Shown: one piece after another, positions 50,101 through 61,916 of the stretch
Numbering within the stretch: position 1 is the first letter of the stretch
Layout: each line of letters opens with the position of its first letter
Source: Cycas panzhihuaensis
Lineage: Eukaryota > Plantae > Cycadophyta
Assembly: GCA_023213395.1 (NCBI GenBank)
Contig: CM041465.1
Location: 141,987,741-142,051,740 of the forward strand
Direction: 5' to 3'
Length of the DNA: 64,000 nt
Position numbers and translations under genes: made by a program
The notes under the pieces: model-generated
The model's input: only the letters and a program-made list of their open reading frames with translations
What the model was told of the DNA's origin: nothing
Databases searched by the model: none

Positions 50101-53076
50101 TCAAATGGATACTAATAATACTTGGATAATGTTTTGTATGTATTAAATTTAAAATCTAACCTTGTTTTAGTAGGCGACATTGAACAATAAGGTATGATTA
50201 TGATGTTTACTTAAGGATAGTGCATGGTCTGAGATAAACAAAATAATATTATATCTAAGGTACTCAAAGAGAATAATTTAAATAAACTTGAAGGATACTC
50301 TTATATACAAAGAGCATTCATAGTTGTATCTCCAAAATAGTAGCTATAACATGAATTAATAGGCCATCTATACTATACTAGACTTCAATTGATACATAAA
50401 TTAAAAATTATATATGGTCTTTCTATGGAAAATAAAAAAAATCATTTATGTGAACCTTACATATTTAGAAAATAGCACAGAGAACTCTTTCTAAAGAAGA
50501 AAGTGTAGAGAGCTAAAGAGAAGTTAGGATTGATTCTATTAAATATATATAGACCAATGCATATTGCTCACTAGGTGGAGTGGGATATTTTATCACTTTC
50601 ATTGATGACTTTTCAAGGAAAGTTTAAATTTTCCTACTAAAAAAAAAAATCATAGGCCTTTTAGTACTTCAAATAATTTAAGGAATTGGAAAGGAATGAA
50701 AATGGTTAAAAGATCAAGGTCCTATAAATTGACAATGGTAGAAAGTATACTTTAAATAAATCCATATAATTTTATAAGGATTATAGAATTAAGAGGCACT
50801 TTACTACTACCTATACACCTCAATAAAATATAGTTATTGAGTAGATGAATAGAACTTTGGTTAAAAATACCAAAGAAATGATGTAAGACACGGATATTAT
50901 AGATTTCTTATAGATAAAAGTTATCAATACCACTATATATCTAATAAATAGAAGCCCTCTAAGGATTGTTAGGACATAATATTTGAGGAAGTTTGGTTAC
51001 ATAGGAAACTAACTTTGAGTCATCTAAGAATCCTTATTAGATGCTATGAAGAAAAAAAAGTATAGAGTATATGAGTTTTTGAATCAAAAAGTTTACACAA
51101 CTCATGATGTAATCTTTTAGGAAGATAAGACTCAGAATATTGATGTTAAAGACCAAGTTGAAGAGTCATTTGGATGTAGTTCTTAATATGACATTATCTA
51201 ACTAGAATATAATCCATTTGACATTAGTAAATCAATAAAATTAGAATCCTTTTAGTTTCCAAAAGTTAATTTTCGGCTAAAGCCTAAGAAAGAATTGAGG
51301 TTGAAGCCTAAGCTAAAGTTAGAGAATCTATTTGATACTTTATCTTTATCTTTGAAGAAGAAGAAGCTTCCAAAATGGTATTTGAAAACCACGAAGGATG
51401 TAGAGATAATATTAACTAATTCTAAGGGAAAGTAAAAATAAAAAATGTAACCCTATAAACATGTAAACATGACTCTTATCGTACATATGTTAGATGTAGA
51501 TGAGCCATCTATAGTTGAAAAAGCACTTAAAGAGCATAAGTGGTATGATGCTATGAAGACTAAATTCTAAGTAGTCAAGAAGAGCCACATATAGGATTTG
51601 GTAGAATTTCTTGATGCTAAACATACAATTAGATATAAATGGATCTATACAACTAAGTTCAAATTTGATAGTTATGTAGATAGATACAAAGCATAATTTT
51701 GTAGCAAAAGGTTTCAAGCAACAAGAAGGAATTAACTACTAAGAAACATTTTCTCTTATAATAGAGATGAATACCATTCATCTCATTATGATGATAGCTA
51801 TATAATTCAATTAGTAACTATACCAAATAGATGTAAAAGTACATTTCTAAATGGGGATTTAAATGAAGAAGTCTACATGGAGCAACTACTTGGCTTTATT
51901 GAAAAAGGTCATGAGAACTTGGTATGTTGACCTAGAAAGGTCTTGTATGGCCTAAAATAAGCATTTAGAACCTGGCATACTTTACAAAGAATAGGTTGAA
52001 GAGATCTCTAATTAGCTCAAACCTATACATCAAAGTAGAGAATGATAAAAATTATATTTGTGGTATTATATATCAATGAACTAATGATTATAAGTAATAA
52101 TATTGATATGATATCATGATTAAAGTTAGATCTTAATCATTACTTTGAGATGATAGATTTAAGGAGTATAACTTTCTTAGAGTAGAAGTATGTCAAAGAC
52201 CTGAGCATATTTTCATCTCATAGGCAAAGTACACTTGACTATAAACCTATGACTAACCTCATGGAGCTAGGTTCCATATTGATAGTGAAAGATGATGAAC
52301 TAGATGTTGATTCAACATTGTATAGATAACTAGTGGGAAGTCTAATATATTTAATTACTACCAAACCTAATATATCTTTTATAATTGGAATGATATCTAA
52401 GTTTATGGTAGTGTCAAACTAAAGTAACTAGAATGTTATAAAGAGGATCCTTAAATACTTGAAAGGGATGATTCACTATAGACTTAAATTCTAGTATATT
52501 AATAGTTTTAAGTTGATAGAATCCATATATCCTAATTGGGTTAGTTACATAGATAATAAAATATTAACTTCTAGATATTATTTTATTTTTCATTTAGCTA
52601 CCATTATATGGAGTAAAAAAAAATAATCAAATATAATTTTATCCTCTACTGAAGTAGGGTACAAAGTTGTAGTTATATTAGTTACCAAATCCATTTAATT
52701 ATAATAGATTCTAGAGAACATAGTACTATAATAATTAGAGTCAACTATCTTATATTGTGATAATCAAAGTAATTTAAAGATTGTAACATATCATATATTA
52801 TACACTTGTACCAAGAATATTGAGGTGTACCATTACTTTATTCAAGTATTAATCCAAAAAGGGGTACTTGAGATAATATGCATGCTGATAGAAGAATAAT
52901 TGGTTAATATTTTTATTAAACAATTAGCGTATAATAGATTCTAGACTCTTAGGGATGGTTTAGGTGTCAAGAAAAATGAAATAAATATTAAGGGAGACTA
53001 TTAAATATTAATATTTATTTTAGGCTTATAACTTTGGGTTATGAGCCTACCCTTAATATTTGTACTATATTAGAGT

Positions 53077-56000
53077 TATTAGAATATGTGATTTATCACA
53101 TATGTAATATTTAATATTAGTGAGATGACACATTTATAATCCCACCATTCACACACATTAAGATATGTGAGATACACACATATCCAAGATTATGCTACTA
53201 GATGATGTAAAGGCTCAAGGGACACTATAGGCTACTCATGAGGTGAATATCAATATAAATATATACACACCATTTGAGAACTTGAGAAAGGTCAAAGACC
53301 TAGAGATATAATTATTCTAATCATTAAGAGGAGCTCTTAACTGCACCTTCTTATGCAGCTTTTCCCACATTGGGTTTTCGATGTATAAATCTATTATTAA
53401 TTTATGTTGATTCTTTACATGCATGCATTACTCATGAGTTAATTCTACCATTATACTTACATCTTATATTCTATTATGTTATTCTATATTTCTCATATAG
53501 TATTAGAGTATAATTATATTTTTTAACATAGCATCAAAGTAATTTCTAACATGGTATTAGAGCCATGTTAGTTAAAAGATCTTATGTAATAGGAAGAAGC
53601 TTATTGAGTTAATATGATAATCTAAAATGAGGTAATAAAATAGAGCAAGTATATGAGCTAGTATAAGAGCTAAATATGAGGTGATTTTAATGAGCTAGAA
53701 GTTTAAATATACAAGTATTTTTTCAGTGACATGTGACCAAGTCCAAGGTCCAAATAAGTGATGAATGAGATGAAGATGGATCTACATATACAAGATGAAA
53801 TAGGTAAATTGATGGTATACTATGATATATTAATTTATTATGGATAATTTACACATGTTGGATCCATATACTAGTACATGTAGGCATTCAAGGTAGTCCA
53901 CCAAATATGATATTTCATTCATTAGTAAAGGCTTTTGTAAGTGTCTCACATCAGAGATTCATTACCATAATGAATTCAGTACTCCATCAGTGAGATAAAA
54001 ATAGGGAACAAGCTTGTATAGTATAAAAAGTAGTAAGTTGACAAGTATGAGATAGTTTTTTACAACAAATAGATAGGTATATAACATGAGATGTTTATGT
54101 GGCCATATTGTTGAATGGTATGAAATGAGAATATTATAGTGGCACATGATATTTATGATGGCTTAATAGTATTATAGTGGTAAAGTAATGAAAATAACAT
54201 ATATGAGGGCATTATTATTAAAGGGCATATGAATAAAAAGTAGATATTGTTTGATGATATATGAGCATGATACATGCATATTCTAGTTAAGGTTTTAAAA
54301 ATGTGTTATTATATGTACATGATGAATAAAGTTTATGCATGAGGAGGATTATGTATGCATGTGAAAATCTTTAATCTATGATATTCAAAATAAGCTCCTC
54401 TTTATATTTCACATACATTTGCTCCTCCATTATGTCTCCCACAGAATCTAATATCTCTAAGGAATCTAGTTGTACATTATGTATGGAGCCTATGCAAATC
54501 TAGTCCTAAAGGACACAAAGGATTAAACTAATTTTGTAGTCACCCATCATTAGGATCAATGAAAAACTCCAATCTTAACTTACTCTAATGTTCTAATATT
54601 TTGAATAAAATGTTAGTCCTAAAAGATTTTTTAAGTTCTAGAAGTTTTAGAAAAATGTTGGTTTCTTTATTTTTCGTTTAAAGAAAATGCATCTGATTCA
54701 ACTTGAAGGGGATAAGAAAGGACATAAGCATGCTACAAATTGTAATGGATTCTTATTGCTTGTATTTCCAATATTCCACCACTACTACCATGGATAAATC
54801 CACACCATTATATACAAAGATTGCCTATATCCACCAAACACATCAAAGAACATGCCCAAACTATATTCTTCCCTTTTGCCTTGGGGTATGCTACTCCTTG
54901 ATAATTGATTGGTCACATCATCATTTAGGTCGATAGGTGCTCAACCCTATGATAAAGAACATAGAACTTCCACTTGTTATCTATAAAATCCTACATGCAT
55001 GAAAAGTTATTTCTATGCAAAACCCTTACCATGCCAGAAATCAATCACCAACTATATGAAAGGAGGAAGATATACAGAGAAAATGCCATGACCCTATCAT
55101 CACATACATCCACAAAGAAGCAATTTGCATGCATACAATCCACAGATTGAATAATGGAGACTTAACAAGTATAGTTTAAAGATTTATATAAATAAATATT
55201 TTGAAAGGATCATTTAAATTCATAAAAAAAATTATAAGTGCGATTAAAATTTTAATTATTTTTTATATTTTTTAAAATCTAGATCAACCCTAAGATTTGT
55301 AAGTAGGAAGTCACATGGAGATCTTATGTGATCAAGGGCTAAGGTTTAATATAGGTGGACTTCAAAATGATTAAACTAAATTAGATTTTTTTATTCTATA
55401 AAAATTACATATGAAATTTGATTATTTTTTAAAGTCTATAACTAATTTATTAAGGATCACACATTTTAAGGATAAATGGTACTTTTTTTAGTATAACTTC
55501 TCACTGGTATATTAGATTCAAGTGGAATTAGTTGTGTTGGGAAGAAAACTTCGAGATGGTCAAAATGAGTATTGCATAACATATTTTAGATTATAGAAGA
55601 CAAAGAAAATAAATAGTAAATTTAATAAAAGTACTTAAAACCTCACAAAAATTACATTCTATAACCATTTAAAAAAAGTATATTTTCATGTTTTCAAAGG
55701 TTTCAAATATGATGGTAAAGTTATTTTTATTAATGAAGCAAGAAAAGGAAAGTTTCATTTAAAAGCGATCATTTTAAAGCTCATTAATGATATTTGAAGA
55801 CTCAAAATTAATTGAAAAAAATATGAAATGGGAAGCATTTTATGAATTTATGATTTTAAAATTTATACACATTTGAATATACACATTTGGTTTAGCGAAG
55901 AGCTCCACTATTTAAATGATAAAGATCATCTAGTTTTTGAATATTTTTTTATGAATGATAATTACATCTATTTGATCATTGATGACACCATCTAGTATTT

Positions 56001-57512
56001 AATTAACGTACCCAGTTTGATCATTGATGGAGAGTTAAGGAGAGATTAAGTATTCCACCTATTAATGAGACAAGGAGAAGTCTTAAGTGATTATTTAATT
56101 AGAATACCAAATTAGTTATCGATATGATCTAGCTAATAATCAATTGTTTAGGTAGTCTAGCTAAAAGATGAAAGAAGAAAGTATTTTTTAGTGAGAAATT
56201 TGACTAACCATGTATGGCAAGAGATACAGAAGCATATTATTAATGCTTCTTTGTTACATCTAACTTGTCTTAGCTAAGTAGTTTAGCTTATTCCTAGAGT
56301 TAGTTATTTTTGAGATGATAAGTTAATGAAATGATTAATGGATGCTAAAGGAAAGCTATTAAAGTGTGCAAATAAGGAATCTTATTCATAAGAAACAAGT
56401 ATAGGTTTTGCAAGTTAATCTTGTATAACACACTTGATTATGTTGTTCTAACTCCTATGTAAGAGGTATGATTATGCTACTCTTATACAAGCAATTTAAA
56501 AGCTAATGAACTATGCATTTGAAATAATTACCTAGAGAACTAGTGATTATAGAGGCTAGTCACCCATATATTTTGATAGATAGTTATTATTTTGTATGGA
56601 CTAAAAAATCACCTTATTTGTTTATTTATTTGATAATTAATTGGCAAAATAATGATTAAAAGTAACTATATAAATGAAGATATAAAGATATTCAAGAAAT
56701 TACTTCATATATGTTGATGTTAATGTTGATGTTGAGGGTTGATATTTATAGGTTGGTTGTTTACTATTAGTTACTAAGGTGTACAAATAAATATATATAT
56801 GTTTTTATAAGTTTATACACAGGTATACAAATTAATACTTGTAGGGAATAAGTTAATGGATGATATAATAAATAAATATAATATATAGATATTGATATAT
56901 ATTATAGGATATAGCATATAGGATAAAGACAAAGGGATGAATACTTGAAGACATGAAGATAAAGGCTAAGATGTAAAGACATTAAATATTAAGGGGGAAT
57001 GCTGGAATATGTAATTTATCACAATATAATATTTAATATTAGTGAGATGACATATATATAATCCCATCATTCATATACATTAAGATATATGAGATGCACA
57101 CATATCCAATATTATGCTATTTGATAATATAAACTCTCAAGAAAAAAATATAGGCTACTCATGAGATAAATATCAATATAAATATGTATACACACTACTT
57201 GAAAACTTAAGAAAGGTCAAAGACTTAGAGATATAATTATTCTAATCATTAACAGGAGCTCTGAACTCCATCTTCTCCTATGATTTTTTTGACATTAAGT
57301 CTTCTACATATAAATCTATTATCTCTCTTATAATAAATGCTTGTAATGTTATTTGCTTTATGTTTGTGTTGATTCTTTATATGTGCACATTACTCATGAA
57401 TTAATTCTACCATTATACTTGCATCATATATTCTACTATGTTACTCTATATTTCTTATATGGTATTAGAGTGTAATTATACTTTCTATATAGTATCAAAG
57501 AAATTTCTAATA
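53077..57512 (+). mobile_element. Element H: non-autonomous LARD-like LTR element with PBS relics inside its LTRs
   Basis: LTRs 53077-53551 and 57000-57512. TSD AGAGT/AGATT (4/5). PBS TGGTATTAGAGCC 53552-53564. PPT AAGGGGGAA 56991-56999. No recognisable gag or pol in the 3.4-kb interior. Confidence 0.88.
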
Positions 57513-59904
57513 AGATTTAAGATTATTTAATGTTACATGAGTGACAAGCCAATAAAGGTTATAACTCTCACCTCACATGTGTCATTTTAATTAAGATTAA
57601 TATTCTTTTTAATATTGTATTTAGATATATATAGTGCATTTATAAAAATTTAAGAGAAGAATAAGGGTTGGTGTAATAGTATTGTAATGAGAGATATTCA
57701 TTGAAATGAGATTTTATCAAATGCTTTGAAACTAATTTTTCAATGTTTTATAGAATGATTCATCCAATCTTGATCTCCATTGCATGCCTTACTATAATAA
57801 AAATTGCCAAAAGAAATAGAAGAATATATAACATGGTTTAGACTTATAATAGTTATCTCATATAAGTTGATATGCTACTCTACTTTTATGGATAGATTTC
57901 TTCAAATTAATTGAAGGTAGACTATTACTCTTCAACAACTTATCCTTCTATATGCTTTAATTCTTATACTTTAAATTCTCATGCTTCTTCAAAATGTTGC
58001 TCATCTTCTTGGATAGAAGTTGACTTTAATTTACTTAAAAGGGTTAAACTAAAATATTGTGATAGATATAATGTTGACTCTTGACATTAATATTTTTATC
58101 TCATTGTTCATTTTTAAAAATAAAGTCTCAATAATATTTGAGGAGTGTTTCTTTTCTTTGTTTGCTTTGACTTTCATCCTTTCACTTGTTAAAATGCCAC
58201 CACTATAACCATGTTGGTCTCACTATATTTTTTAATGGTTTATATTTATTTACAAACTTTTAGGCTACCCTAATGGGATCAAGTATGATCTCCTACTTTG
58301 CAATTTGACTAATACTTTGAAGTGATTTATAATTTGGTTATGCCTAAAAGATATGGATTTTTTTCGTCTTAGCATTGCTAATGATGTGAAATTTGAAATA
58401 AGTATGGAATGAATATAGCCCTAGTTTCCAACGATACACCTTACTTTGTTATCCTTTTTAAAACCTATCAAATACACCCACCCCTTCCCTTGTGTAGTAT
58501 TCTTATAAGGCTAGGACCAACTCTGACGGGCCATTTCCTATTTGTTTTTGTCATTTTAACTTTTCCTCTATTAATTTTTGCCTCATAGTGGTCTTTACCC
58601 TAACATCATAGTCTTTGTTATGATGGCACATCAAATCAAATTTGTCATGATGTCATACCATAATCTTCTTCTAAAATAGTAACCTTTGATAACATACTAT
58701 AAATACACTTAGTATAGTTCCCCTTTTGATATGCAATGATGCCATTCTAATTTATGACAATGCCCTAACAAGCATTATGGCAATAAAAACTCATATGAAA
58801 ATTTAATTTTTTGAGATTTTTTAAAGATTTTGAGCCCTCTAAGATCATTCTTGAGATAAAACAATGGGCCAAATCATTGGAAACCCAAAGTTTTATAAAA
58901 TCATAGGCCTAATTTAGTCTATAAATAGATTTGATTAGTTAAAGTTAGGGTTAGTAGTTTCTATAGCATATAAAGTATATTAAACTCAAGTAATAAATAA
59001 TAAAAGTATAATTATGTTTTTTATTACATTCTAATTAATTTTTATGTCTGTTTTTGTTGCCAAGTTTATAAGAATTGACTAGCCTTCATTTGGTTGTATT
59101 TCTAACATCTCTTTCTTATATTTTCTATGGGATTTATATTATCATAAATGTTTTACTAGCAATTTCTTTGTAAGTTATCACAACTTATAGGTTTTTAAGT
59201 CAAATTTTGATTTAGCAAGTGTAAGTTTAGTGTTGCTCACTATAGGTATTAAGATTTTATTTGCTAACCATTTGATGGCAACTTTTGGAATATTTGTTGT
59301 TTTTTTTTCATAGTAATTTCCATAGGTGCATCTAATATGCCATTATATTTCCTATAGTTTTCAATGTTTATTAGTTGATCTCTTGATTTGAGTGTTTTAT
59401 ATGTTTAATAAATTTACATCACTTGAAATGCTCCAAAATGTTTGCAGTGGATTACTACCTCTTTTACCTATGAAAAAGGCCTAGCATGTGGAAACCTAAT
59501 GAAGGTAGGAGGTACCTACAACACCAACTTAGGTGTCCATGTGCTTTTTTAGCATGGATACAAGGGAATAGTGCATGTTGGCCTATGGAAAGGAGGCTAA
59601 ACTAAGGGTTGGCTTAGTGTGTACATGTGCATCCAAATCAACTTACAGTTTTAGGTTTGGGAACCTATGGTCAACTAAGGGAATGGAACACATACTTATG
59701 TGTAACTATATGCTTTTTTATTTTCATGAAAACAACATACAAACCCTAACTATGGTTTCAAAGTCTCTCTCACAGATTTAGGACTCATAACATGGCTCCC
59801 TTATAACATTTTGGGTCTATGATTCGTTTGCACACAAAAGACCTATGTGTCTATTTCTAATGCAAGGTAATATAACATGGTCTAGTTGGAATAAAGATGC
59901 AAAT

Positions 59905-60215
59905 ATTTTTTGGTTTTCTTTTTTTTCTTTTTATTTTCTTTTTTTGGAATCTTTTCCCTATTAAACTAAGGGAGAAAGAGGGGGTAAACAAAAAACCTTT
60001 CTCTTTTTCTCTTTTTTTTTTTTTTGGGGGGAAAAGAAAATGAAAGAAAATGTAAATTCATTTTTTTCCCCTTTTTCTGTAAAGAAAAGAAGAGAGGAAA
60101 ATGAGGGAATGAGCTTAAGAAAGTTGCCCTTTAATCTTTTTCTTTTTGTTATTTTAGAGGGAAAATAAGAAACTTCTTTCTCTTTTCCCCTCTTTTTTTC
60201 TTTCTTTTTTTATTG
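59905..60215. repeat. Low-complexity alternating polypyrimidine/polypurine tracts
   Basis: Runs of T/C alternate with runs of A/G. Confidence 0.7.
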
Positions 60216-61850
60216 GTTCAAAGCAAAATAACTAACTAAAAACCAATGAGAGAAGGCATACCTGGGGAATGTAGAACTTTCTAGTTGAGCATGGCCTCTC
60301 TTTAGCCTATAAAGAGTGTCCCAAGAAGTAATTGTAATAGGAAGGGACTATGACGCAAATCTCTAAAGCAAATCTAATAGCATTTCTACTTGTCTAATAT
60401 GCTTATGCTAAAAAAAGGAAAGTATAAAAAGCTCTATAATTAGAAAATGAAGACTAATTCAAATGGATTGGCCTTACCTCTTAAAGAGCTATTAATATAA
60501 GAGCTTGTAGTGAGATATACCAAACTATTTGGCCAATAATGAGGGAGGTTCTTGACCTTCTTTTCTTTCTATAACAATGTTAGTATCCTATAAGAAAATT
60601 ACTCTATAAAAAGATATCTATAGGGGCACAATATCTTAACTATATGAAGCAAACTTGAAAGTAAGTTAAAACACACTCTAAGCAACAAGTAAAAAATGGA
60701 GGGAAGGAGCCTTAGAATGGCTTTATTGTCTTCCAAAATGATGGTCTCCCTAAGTAGTACTCAGGTGTCACTTCCTTTGTAACTTCTCCCTTTAGAATAA
60801 TAGAAAGAATAAGGGAAGAAAGAATAACAAGGGAAATATAGTGTAAAGAAATGATTGAAGAAGTAGTGACAAGAAAGTATGATAAAACCAAATGTGAAAA
60901 AAAAAAAAAACATAAGTATATTCTTACCAAAATCAAGAGGAGGATGACTACCTCTTCCTTGGATAAATGAGAAGGATAATGGCTATAGATTCCTTTCCTA
61001 AGGCTCACTCTTATTGTAGGTGTTATGCAAGCTCTAAGTATCTAGTCACTCTCAAGGTGTGTGAGTCAAGATTGCTAAATTCCAATCAAATTTTGGTAAC
61101 ATAACAATGTGATATATGGTCTCTCTTGATCTCCCCCCTTTCTAATAAAAAAATAGGGGATTTAGAGATACACTCCAACTATCTAAAATCATGATATATC
61201 AAATCAATAAAGTGAATAGAGTAATAAATCATACCTATATTTACCTATGTATCAAAGTGTTTATGTCATTCCCAAGAGCTAAGAAACACTATCCCCTTAG
61301 TAGAAAAGCCTCTTCAATCTGTGGCTAGAAGATAATGAATGTTATTAACACAAAATGATGTAAGATGTAATAATAATAAACTAATGTATGTGTATAAAAA
61401 GGGAAAATATCTGCCATAGTTATACCTTATTAACAAGTGGTCAGAGGGTGTTGCCCTTAGGTTAGCCTCCTAGGAAAACTATATTAGAGATATATAAGCT
61501 TGGAAGGATGGTGTGTCAATGACTAAATCAATTTGAGTGGGCCGATGGCTATAATGGTCCTAAGCATATACAAGTAAAGATGTCAAATGGTTAGGGAATT
61601 ACCTTAATGGTAAGATAAGATAGGAAGCATAGCCTAAGGTGGGGGCTTATAAGCCCTAAGCCCTTAGATATATAAAGTGCTACCTCAAATACCCAAGGGA
61701 GAGACTAGATGATCTAAGTGGGTCACCATAGTTCAATCTTATTAGTGGCCATCTTTCAAAGGAGGAATTGTTTAAGCTTATCTTATAGCCATATTTTAAT
61801 TTTTAACATTTTATAATTTTTTATATTTTTATTGTTTTATATTATTTTTG

Positions 61851-61854
<4 letters not shown>

Positions 61855-61912
<58 letters not shown>
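61855..61912. repeat. (TA)n microsatellite
   Basis: Uninterrupted TA run followed by short TATG/TATTTG repeats. Confidence 0.98.

Positions 61913-61916
<4 letters not shown>

Larger units (their letters stand above)
46786..57799 (+). mobile_element. Copia J, degenerate, 3' LTR split by element H
   Basis: Gag ~49220-49800 (zinc knuckle ~49745-49795), protease ~49955, integrase ~50350-51120 (YFITFIDDFSRK), RT/RNase H ~51500-52970. PPT AAGGGAGAC ends at 52998. 3' LTR is 52999-53076 plus 57518-57799. Confidence 0.88.

Noticed and set aside
59300-59800. Plant mobile domain or MULE transposase
   Set aside because: No convincing motif found by manual translation; left unclassified.
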